15,191 nt of DNA from a virus (IMGVR_UViG_2698536480_000008); one strand, 5' to 3'. Counted from the stretch's first letter, positions 1 to 6,949 are shown. Numbers and translations: made by a program. The notes: generated by a model from the sequence alone, not told the origin.

Positions 1-156
1 TTACTCCCCAAGTTCGTAAGCTGTGAAGACAGCGACCTCCGTCTGGTCGGTTCGGATTCGTACCTCGCAGAGGTCTTTCCTCGTTACCAGTACCGTCACT
101 ATAACGGTTAAACAGATGACGATCAGGGCGACTAACATCGCCTTTTGCTGCTTCAT
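1..156 (-). CDS. hok: Hok/Gef-family type I toxin, 51 aa (HokD/HokC-like); an in-frame upstream extension to 213 gives a 70-aa mok-like ORF
   Basis: Minus-strand ORF ending at the TAA at 3..1. Translation from the internal ATG (156..154) is MKQQKAMLVALIVICLTVIVTVLVTRKDLCEVRIRTDQTEVAVFTAYELGE: a single transmembrane helix plus the conserved RKDLCEV.R motif of Hok/Gef toxins, very close to HokD/RelF as I remember it. Paralogue assignment is uncertain. Confidence 0.75.
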   Translation of the reverse strand: MKQQKAMLVALIVICLTVIVTVLVTRKDLCEVRIRTDQTEVAVFTAYELGE

Positions 157-415
157 AGCCTGCTTCTCCTTGCCTTTCGGCACGTAAGAGGCTAACCTAC
201 ATGTGCAAAGCATGAAATTGGCCTCAGATTAATGTTAAGCGTCTTGCCGGATGCGTAATGTTAACTGGGGCTTTTCTCTATCTGCCTTTGATGTTCATGC
301 CCGAGGCAGATAGCCTCAAGTATCCGCAGCTATTTGTCTGCTGTTACCACCTACCTGCGCCAATCACTGACTCTACAAAGATCTATCCGCGATAACATTT
401 TGAGTTTAAGAACTT

Positions 416-444
416 TTGCGTACGCACCAAAAGATGCATATACT
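416..444 (+). promoter_or_regulatory. Candidate sigma70 promoter (TTGCGT, 17-nt spacer, TATACT) for the ORF1-ORF2 operon
   Basis: -35 TTGCGT at 416-421, 17-nt spacer, -10 TATACT at 439-444, about 40 nt upstream of a GGAG ribosome-binding site and the ATG at 486. Found by eye; AT-rich DNA yields chance matches. Confidence 0.4.
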
Positions 445-485
445 AGACTAGTCATAGTTCTAATCTGCTTGATTATGGAGTCAGG

Positions 486-1544
486 ATGAGTTTCCTTTCT
501 GAACAAGACGTACAAAATTTAGTCATTAATAAAATGATCTTTCACGTTGTAGGTAAGAATCTTGAAGCACCGACACTTCTCAAAGAAATAAAACCAGTTC
601 AGCATGTGGATTTTTTTCTTGAACGTATCAAATCTTCACTGAAAGGAAATCTTTTCACTTTTCTGGAGAATTCAAATACCGAAAGAATCCTGCGTATCAT
701 TAGAGATAAAGCAGATGCTGAAGCTAATTGTTTTACAGAACAATCGAAGCTACTGGCCAGTGATTTTCAGTCACACCATTCTAGCGGTAACACGAGTATG
801 GGATGCTTTTTCTTATTTGAATTGGTTTCAGATAAGGAAAAATTCTATGCAATTATAAAATACGATAATGAAGATGTGGTTCGTTATGTTCTTGACGAAA
901 AGTTATCTGAAGAACAAATGCCTACTTTAGAAAGATTTCATGAAACTTTCGTAAAAAAAGCTGAGGCAATGCAAAAAATAGCGTTAATTCAACTTGATCC
1001 AAGTGGGAAAGGCGGGAAAGTTATTGTAAAAGACAGGAGTAAAAGAACCAATATTTCAGGATATTTTAAAGGCTTCTTAAATGTTAAAAGAGTCAACTCT
1101 GAAATTGAACTTTGCAATAAGCTTATTGATGCGCTGAAAATAACCTTCAAAAGGCATAAAGAATTATTGCCAGAGTCAATTCAAAAAAGCGGCGTAAATA
1201 AAATATATGAAGTTTTAAGCAGAGCTGATTTCGAATATAATCCTGAAGATGCTTCTCCGTTATTGACCAGCATTTTTGGGCCGTTAGATGAAAAATCACC
1301 AATTCTCAACACATTCAAAACTCAAACAAAAAATGCTGGTATTGAAGGCGAATCCTTTACTATAAAAGCAGATGGCATTCATAAACCACCAAGACGAAAA
1401 ATTGAAACTGCAGAAAGTGTAGTAATTAGTTATAATGAAGATGACCGTCCAGAAATAAGAAACTTAGATGATGGGCGAAAACAAATTATTGTTACTACTG
1501 CGAGGATTATTACTGATGACATCGATACTTCAAAAAATCGATGA
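486..1544 (+). CDS. Hypothetical soluble protein, 352 aa; possible distant NA37/NdpA(YejK)-like nucleoid-associated DNA-binding fold; first gene of the candidate cargo operon
   Basis: ATG at 486 preceded by GGAG (477-480); uninterrupted 352 codons in ~35% GC DNA; no hydrophobic segments. Local resemblance to YejK as remembered (GCFFLFELV vs GGFVLFCHY; GYFKGFL vs DFFMDFL; N-terminal I.H.. pattern). The 3' end overlaps ORF2 by 29 nt. Confidence 0.7.
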   Translation: MSFLSEQDVQNLVINKMIFHVVGKNLEAPTLLKEIKPVQHVDFFLERIKSSLKGNLFTFLENSNTERILRIIRDKADAEANCFTEQSKLLASDFQSHHSSGNTSMGCFFLFELVSDKEKFYAIIKYDNEDVVRYVLDEKLSEEQMPTLERFHETFVKKAEAMQKIALIQLDPSGKGGKVIVKDRSKRTNISGYFKGFLNVKRVNSEIELCNKLIDALKITFKRHKELLPESIQKSGVNKIYEVLSRADFEYNPEDASPLLTSIFGPLDEKSPILNTFKTQTKNAGIEGESFTIKADGIHKPPRRKIETAESVVISYNEDDRPEIRNLDDGRKQIIVTTARIITDDIDTSKNR

Positions 1545-2949
1545 GTCTATACAGGCGTCAAGGAAAGACCCTGAATTTTTGGCATCAGAATCAATAAAAA
1601 ATGATTCTGCGCGCGTTCTAATTTCTGCCAAAATGGACAAAGATGCACTCATTCTTTGGCAGTACGTTTACGAAAACGTACCAAATTGGATTGAAATTAC
1701 TGTTAAAGATGACTGTAATGATGAAGTAAAACCATCGTCATGCAGTGAAGGTGATAAACTTAACATTACGCTAAAATGCATTGCATTCGAAAATAACAGG
1801 TATATTTTTACGCTCGAAGGGTGGAATGTTTTTCTACACAATGATGATTTAGTATCAATAACCAATAAAGTGAATATTCTCGGTTTGAAACATGGATTTG
1901 AAACTTTAGGATATTCTGTTGAGCCATGGAACCATGCTCCAGAAAAAATTGAACCTAATGAAACCGTACGAACTTCAATCAATTTACAGAGCTACGTTAA
2001 ATTCTATTCTAGTGAGTTCATGCCTGCATCTGATATAGCTCCTTGGGTACTTTATAAAATGCCTGAGGCAGAGGACAACTTTTTCAAAAAATGGTTACAA
2101 GTTTCCTGCAATATGCTTTGTCGCACTCTCGTTAATGAATTATTAGCAGATGAAAAGAAATCAATTTGTTTAACTGGAAAGCCACCAAAAAAATTAATTT
2201 ATGGAGATCCAGACATTCTGCTTTCCGACTATTCAGTTTTACAAACTGTAATAAACTGGATCTTTATTGAGGGCAATGAGATTGAACTCAAACATACTTT
2301 CTTCACAAGTGAGTTAGCACGAGAATGGCCAGAGTATGTATCCTTCTGTGAGGGTTTACCAAAAAAACTCCCTATGGCCTTTGAGTCAGCAAAATTACTA
2401 TATAAGGCCCACATTCGCGCTAGCAGCAGAGAGACTATTAAATCTCTGTCCGATCTAAGGAAAACCTTAGCTGAAGACACGCAAAAAATAATAAGTCAGT
2501 CTAAAGACATCACATCCGCTCTTTGGAAAGATCTGGCTCTGGTTATAAGTCTATTTGCAATAAAATATGCGCTAGACGCATCAAAGATTAATATAACCAA
2601 TAACATATTCCCATATATGTTCTTCGCGTTATCTATATATATTTTTATATCTCAGGTTACAACTCTCTTCATAAATAAAAATTACTTTAAGATACTTGAT
2701 AATACTAGGCTAGTCTGGAGAGATAAACTATATGGTTTTCTTGATGATACTGACTATGAGAATCTTGCAGTCACACCATTAAGAGAGGCATACAAAGCTT
2801 ATCAGATTATAGCCACATTCGTTGTGATTCTGACTTTGCTGATTTCATTTATAATGATCATATTAGGATTCTCAATGCTTGATGAACATGCTACGAATGC
2901 AATTACCTCTTGGCTCAGTTCTCACTTAATCAATAGTTACTGTAGTTAA
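1516..2949 (+). CDS. Hypothetical membrane protein, 477 aa: ~360-aa N-terminal soluble domain plus two to three C-terminal transmembrane helices; candidate effector
   Basis: ATG at 1516 with GAGGA (1502-1506) 9 nt upstream, overlapping the ORF1 stop (translational coupling). The six-frame track begins at 1468 but that start has no ribosome-binding site. Strongly hydrophobic segments NIFPYMFFALSIYIFISQVTTLFI and YQIIATFVVILTLLISFIMIILGFSML, plus a weaker LALVISLFAIKYAL. No recognisable catalytic motif. Confidence 0.7.
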   Translation: MTSILQKIDESIQASRKDPEFLASESIKNDSARVLISAKMDKDALILWQYVYENVPNWIEITVKDDCNDEVKPSSCSEGDKLNITLKCIAFENNRYIFTLEGWNVFLHNDDLVSITNKVNILGLKHGFETLGYSVEPWNHAPEKIEPNETVRTSINLQSYVKFYSSEFMPASDIAPWVLYKMPEAEDNFFKKWLQVSCNMLCRTLVNELLADEKKSICLTGKPPKKLIYGDPDILLSDYSVLQTVINWIFIEGNEIELKHTFFTSELAREWPEYVSFCEGLPKKLPMAFESAKLLYKAHIRASSRETIKSLSDLRKTLAEDTQKIISQSKDITSALWKDLALVISLFAIKYALDASKINITNNIFPYMFFALSIYIFISQVTTLFINKNYFKILDNTRLVWRDKLYGFLDDTDYENLAVTPLREAYKAYQIIATFVVILTLLISFIMIILGFSMLDEHATNAITSWLSSHLINSYCS

Positions 2950-2976
2950 TTTAAGGCGAGAGAAACTCGCCTTAAA
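2950..2976. terminator. GC-rich stem-loop between the convergent ORF2 and Q-like gene stops; possible bidirectional terminator or RNA-stability hairpin, non-canonical
   Basis: tttAAGGCGAG-agaaa-CTCGCCTTaaa: an 8-11 bp perfect stem with a 5-nt loop, flanked by T3 upstream and A6 downstream on the plus strand. Neither transcript gets a proper U-tract immediately 3' of the stem, so intrinsic termination is uncertain. Confidence 0.35.
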
Positions 2977-2979
2977 AAA

Positions 2980-3498
2980 TCAACGGTAATAGATACAACC
3001 TGCAATAAATCCCATTGCCATTTGCATTTTTTTCCTTATTTTACCATCTGAACATTCGTTTATCTTAGCTAAACAACGCAATGAAACTCCCATAACAAAA
3101 TGAGCGATAATTAACTCATAGTCATCTATCCTATATTGTTTAAGCCTCAACATGCAGGTATCAATTATACCCCCTTCATCATTGCTGCACTGACGACGTG
3201 ATTTTTTACCATGAGGAACAACATTTTTATATTTATCAGCTATTTCCTGCCAATCAATAGAACTATTTTCAGCTACAGCCCAGGCTCCCCAACCGTCCAA
3301 AATATCATATATATTAGCATTGCTATCTACCTGTTTTTTATATTCTTTTTTGAAGCGCGCAAGAAGCATCCTAGCCATCGTTATTATTTCTATACTTGTA
3401 ACTGATTCATAAGCATCAGGAGAAATAATTCTCCCATCACTTAATGCCCCATCACTAAGATTTGCTATTTCCAATAATCGTTCTTTAGTTATTTCCAT
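2980..3498 (-). CDS. Phage antitermination protein Q homologue (Q82/Q933W-type, Phage_antitermQ-like C-terminal domain) with a ~60-aa N-terminal extension
   Basis: Minus-strand ORF. The ATG at 3498..3496 has GGAG 6 nt upstream; the track start at 3510 is a GTG. The C-terminal ~115 aa carry motifs I recognise from Q of Stx phages: WGAWA, SRRQC..DEGGIIDTCMLRLK, Y.LI..HFVMG.S, CSDGKI.K. The gene is AT-rich (~35% GC), unlike the backbone. Confidence 0.55.
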   Translation of the reverse strand: MEITKERLLEIANLSDGALSDGRIISPDAYESVTSIEIITMARMLLARFKKEYKKQVDSNANIYDILDGWGAWAVAENSSIDWQEIADKYKNVVPHGKKSRRQCSNDEGGIIDTCMLRLKQYRIDDYELIIAHFVMGVSLRCLAKINECSDGKIRKKMQMAMGFIAGCIYYR

Positions 3499-3658
3499 TA
3501 TTATCTCCACCGCCTTTTCGGGCGGCCTCCTGATGATTTGAGAGTGCAGGAATTCCTCCGATTAAGGACTCTATTTTATTCACAGTGCTGAATTTAATTA
3601 TTCAGATTTGGATTATGCTTTCTCTTTCACTTCACCAAGTTCCGATTATTAATTTGGC

Positions 3659-4081
3659 TCACAACAGCACCTCTTGAAAGTTTCCCCGATAAAACGCCAG
3701 TACACGCTGCATAACTTCTCTTTTACGGCACTCACTACAAATTATATTATGACGCCTGTCGTAACGACGTATTTCTCCGTCAGATAACGAGCAGATAAGG
3801 TCAGGATCAACCATAACCGGTTCCTTCGACTTTGCACTCGAGAGTTTTTTGCTGGCGTTTTGCCAGTCTTTACGTGCCTGCTCAGACGGGAATAACCCGT
3901 AGCCAGAGTTGTATACGTAACCACTCGAAACCAGCTCTTTGGCGAGAATACTTATCAGATATCTGGTTGCCCCTGTTTTAGCTTCCAGTTGTCGTAACGT
4001 CTCTCGCTCACTCTGGCGTACGAGATCAACAATCTGCCCTTTAATTTTTTCTCGCTCTTCCTGTGTTAATACTTTTGCCAT
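3659..4081 (-). CDS. Hypothetical prophage protein, 140 aa, with a Cys/His-containing C-terminus
   Basis: ATG at 4081..4079 preceded by a strong GGGGAGGG ribosome-binding site; the track start at 4147 has none. Sits 16 nt downstream of the preceding gene on the same strand. No motif recognised. Confidence 0.5.
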   Translation of the reverse strand: MAKVLTQEEREKIKGQIVDLVRQSERETLRQLEAKTGATRYLISILAKELVSSGYVYNSGYGLFPSEQARKDWQNASKKLSSAKSKEPVMVDPDLICSLSDGEIRRYDRRHNIICSECRKREVMQRVLAFYRGNFQEVLL

Positions 4082-4097
4082 AAGCCCTCCCCTAGAA

Positions 4098-4859
4098 TCA
4101 CTTTTCCGACACAATACGACTGGAGGAATCGACAATCTGACGGACAATATCCTGGTGCTTGTTCAACTCACGCAGCGCGGCGCAGACACGCTCCCACTTC
4201 TGGACATGATTTTTCGCCCGACGCAGTTCGCGGTTTGCCATATGCAGTGATGGTAAAACCAGGTCATCCGCTCGCGTTTCAGTAAACGATGGCAGCGACT
4301 GCACAATGTCCGCCACAGTTTCTGTTTTAATATCTTCCTGTGTTGCAGCCTCCTGTACTGGTAACGCAACACCTGCGGTCTGAGGAAAGGCCTTACCATC
4401 AGTTTCCGCTACCGATGCTGCTTTCGGCTCTGCTGGTAAATTATCGCCCGGTATGCAGTAACGAAATTTACCGCCCTGATTTACGCGAATCAGACGACCT
4501 TTGCTGATTGCCATTGCCAGCGTTGAAGCCACTTTGCGTGATGTGGTACCAAACAATGTAGCCAGCTCATCAGCCGTTTGTGGTCCTCGTTGTTCAATCG
4601 TCGCGGTTAAATCGCACTCTGAGATTTTCGCTACTGTTGCTGTGGTGATTTCTTCCGGCAGTTCTGCCTGCGCTGGCTGTTCCTGCTGAACATTGTTATC
4701 AGCCACACGCCAGGTGTACGCGCTTTTATCAACAAAACCAGCCTTTTTCAGTTCCCATAGTTCGTTCAGCACTTCTTCACGACTGATATCAAGTCGCGCA
4801 GCAAGTTCTATGGATGTGGCTTTTCCCATTGCTTTCAGTGCGTCAAAAACAGTCTCCAT
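4098..4859 (-). CDS. Hypothetical prophage protein, 254 aa; possibly a full-length counterpart of the YdaW-type protein that follows ydaV in Rac
   Basis: ATG at 4859..4857 with a GGGAG ribosome-binding site, 22 nt downstream of the ydaV stop. N-terminus [43 protein letters not shown] looks like a winged-helix domain. Family assignment from memory is uncertain. Confidence 0.55.
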
Positions 4860-4881
4860 TAAATTTTTCTCCCGGTAAAAA

Positions 4882-5628
4882 TTACTTCGCAATTCCTGGC
4901 TGGACGACATTCGGACGCCAGCTCTCCCAGTTAAAATTCACCCATCGCCCGCCGTTCATGGTCATGCGATCCATAATCCGCTCGCCGAGCAATGTTTTCA
5001 TGGCCTCATAGTTCAGGTTTGTCAGCATCCCCACGCTGCGCATCGACGCTGTCCGGCGATCAACAATCTGGTACAGTACCACCTGCTCGTTTTTCGTCTC
5101 GCGCTGAATGCCAATTTCATCAAGAACCAGCAGATCCACTTCGCACAGTTCCCGCAAAAATTTTTCGCCTGACTGCCCATCGTCATAGCTGGCGTGCAGG
5201 GCACTCATAACATCAGCCACGGTAACCACAATCACTGTCTGACCGTCTTTCAGCAGGCGATTCCCGATAGCTGCCGCTAAGTGGTTCTTCCCGGTACCAG
5301 GTTTTCCGCTGAACGCAAAATTTGTACACCCGGTCATCAGTTCATCAGCGATGGATTTCGCCTGACTCAACGCGTATCGCTGCCCTTCGTTCTGCACCTG
5401 GTAATTCGAAAACGAGCATTTGCGGTGCAATGGCTGGATGCCAGAGCGATTCAGAATTTTTTCCACCCGCAACTGACGATTCTGACGGTTGATCTCCTCA
5501 CAACGTTTCTGGCCTTCGGAAAGTTGCCACTCGCGCCACTCCGCTACCGTCTTGAATGGCGCGGTTACATGTGACGGGGCCAGTCTGCGGATACGTTCAA
5601 GAACATCGCCTGTCGCAATATTTTTCAT
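4882..5628 (-). CDS. ydaV: DnaC/IstB-like AAA+ replication helicase-loader protein, 248 aa
   Basis: Walker A-like [15 protein letters not shown] and Walker B LLVLDEIG. Length and position after the 285-aa replication protein match Rac ydaV. Confidence 0.85.
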
Positions 5629-5634
5629 GGTCAG

Positions 5635-6492
5635 TTACCCCCTGAAGCCTGGCGGGATCGCACTATCCGGTAACGAGACGGTGTTAACCTGTCGGAGTAA
5701 CGTCTCAGGTCGAACACCTTTCGGCGCGAACAAGCCCTGGTATTCATTGGCGATGCTGTGTCGAATCACCTGCTCAGGTGAAAAACCCTGCTGGCGGAAT
5801 TTTTCCAGCTCCCGTATCGCCCCGTTAGCGCCCTGCTCCGTTCGAATCGGTTTTCGCAATGCCTGGCGAAATTCAACCCACTCACGCCAAAGCGAGACAG
5901 AAATCCAGTTCGGCAAAGTAATATCCAGAGGGTCAAACTTTTTGACACCTCGATTCCCCCGGGGGGGATTTAGGGGGGGATCTGTTTTTAGATCTTTATC
6001 TGTATCTTTATTAGTTGCCTTTGTGTTGACATCATGTTCAAACACCACTTCAACATCTGTTTGAACACCTGTTAAATTTCTCTCTTGTTTTGTTTGAACA
6101 TCTGCTTCCTTTCTGCTTCTTCTGGCCTGAACAGATGCTTTTCCTGCGGCTGATTTTTTGGTTAATTTTTCCCTGACTGATGCCAGATCTTCCTCAATCC
6201 GAAGATGCACCCATTCCTCGCCGTTATCGCAAAAAAACTCCTGCAAGGATGGTTCAACATCAGCCCATCGCTCGTTAGTCAGACGGGCAATTTTTGCCAG
6301 CCTGTTTTTAGGTATTGGCTTTCCTGTTTGCCAGTAATTGAACATCAGCAACAAATACGCACCATGCTCCTCTGCTGACAAATGCATGGTGTCAGCCAGG
6401 TAATCAGCTATGTACAGTTGCATGTATGGTAATGCGGCCATAATTGCCCCGTATGATGCTGCCCGGTGGCTTAGAATAAGCACAAACAGCAT
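5635..6492 (-). CDS. ydaU: Rac prophage replication-initiation-like protein (YdaU/DUF1376 type), 285 aa
   Basis: 285-codon ORF immediately upstream of ydaV on the same strand, with a 6-nt gap. Length and synteny match K-12 YdaU. The annotated start at 6492 has no obvious ribosome-binding site; an internal ATG at 6441 (MAALPYMQLY) is an alternative. Confidence 0.8.
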   Translation of the reverse strand: MLFVLILSHRAASYGAIMAALPYMQLYIADYLADTMHLSAEEHGAYLLLMFNYWQTGKPIPKNRLAKIARLTNERWADVEPSLQEFFCDNGEEWVHLRIEEDLASVREKLTKKSAAGKASVQARRSRKEADVQTKQERNLTGVQTDVEVVFEHDVNTKATNKDTDKDLKTDPPLNPPRGNRGVKKFDPLDITLPNWISVSLWREWVEFRQALRKPIRTEQGANGAIRELEKFRQQGFSPEQVIRHSIANEYQGLFAPKGVRPETLLRQVNTVSLPDSAIPPGFRG

Positions 6493-6504
6493 GGAAACTT
6501 TTGC

Positions 6505-6630
6505 TTAATGAACAATGACAGAATCGTCGGAAGAACCGCCGCCGCTGAAATGCGCTTTCCGGTAAACGGCTTGGACTGCATCATCATGCGCATCAATTGC
6601 CGTACTTAACGCTTCCTGCGCCGCCAGTAT
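6505..6630 (-). pseudogene. ydaT: 3' remnant of ydaT (last ~40 codons) without a start codon, left by a ydaS-ydaT deletion
   Basis: Minus-strand frame ending at the TAA at 6507..6505 translates to ...LAAQEALSTAIDAHDDAVQAVYRKAHFSGGGSSDDSVIVH*, matching the YdaT C-terminus as I remember it. Upstream of about 6630 the frame runs into the ydaS ORF in another frame. Confidence 0.45.
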
Positions 6631-6826
6631 CAGGACGAAGTTCTTCGCACAGAACCTCACCTCTTGTTGCACGTTCAATTGCTGGACATCTCTCGGCAGG
6701 CAATTGACGTACCCCTTTGATCCATTGATTTACGCTTGGAGGTGATACACCTAAAAGCCTAGCCATTGCTGATTGCCCACCGACAACAGCACAAGCTTGC
6801 TTGAATGAATAGTTCTCTTTTTTCAT
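6593..6826 (-). CDS. ydaS: Cro-like helix-turn-helix regulator, 77 aa, probably C-terminally altered by a deletion
   Basis: ATG at 6826..6824 with a GGAG ribosome-binding site. MKKENYSFKQACAVVGGQSAMARLLGVSPPSVNQWIKGVRQLPAERCPAIERATRG is a Cro/CI-type HTH, divergent from racR. K-12 YdaS is ~98 aa by memory; here it ends early in ...TGGAGSVKYGN. Confidence 0.7.
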   Translation of the reverse strand: MKKENYSFKQACAVVGGQSAMARLLGVSPPSVNQWIKGVRQLPAERCPAIERATRGEVLCEELRPDTGGAGSVKYGN

Positions 6827-6949
6827 CGAATGAACTCCAAAAACACACAGAAATATTAGGCGACGCCTAACGCAATTGTCAATAGGCTGTGCCTAATGCG
6901 GTAAGGGTAGGGATTGCCTAATGTAATGCGCATAGGAGAATATTAAGCA
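6827..6949. promoter_or_regulatory. Divergent ydaS/racR promoter-operator region with TTAGGC-type palindromes
   Basis: Perfect 15-bp palindrome TTAGGCGACGCCTAA (6855-6869), inverted repeat TAGGCTGTGCCTAA (6883-6896), a further GCCTAA half-site (6916-6921), and the 13-bp motif ATTGTCAATAGGC (6875-6887). Lies between the divergent start codons of a repressor/Cro pair. Confidence 0.55.

Noticed and set aside
1468-1515. Longer ORF2 start at 1468 (MMGENKLLLLLRGLLL...)
   Set aside because: No ribosome-binding site, and the Leu-rich stretch is an out-of-frame read of the ORF1 3' end; the ATG at 1516 has a GAGGA site at optimal spacing.
1668-2480. Minus-strand ORFs (1668-1982, 2229-2480) inside ORF2, and the plus-strand ORF 3211-3405 inside the Q-like gene
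   Set aside because: Embedded antisense ORFs in AT-rich DNA with no ribosome-binding site; the sense-strand genes explain the region.
2950-2976. Reading the ORF2/Q hairpin as a canonical intrinsic terminator
   Set aside because: The stem is good, but on the plus strand it is followed by A6 and on the minus strand by AAAUUAA; neither RNA has a U-tract directly 3' of the stem. Kept only as a low-confidence stem-loop.
3939-5210. Plus-strand ORFs 3939-4250, 4501-4689, 4693-4878, 4814-5011, 4992-5210 and minus-strand ORFs 3742-3924, 4163-4399, 5022-5204
   Set aside because: All overlap the confidently called replication-module genes, in the opposite strand or an alternate frame, and show no ribosome-binding site or motif.
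5489-6064. 191-aa plus-strand ORF overlapping ydaU and ydaV
   Set aside because: Antisense shadow ORF within confidently assigned replication genes; Pro/Ser/Arg-rich translation with no motif.
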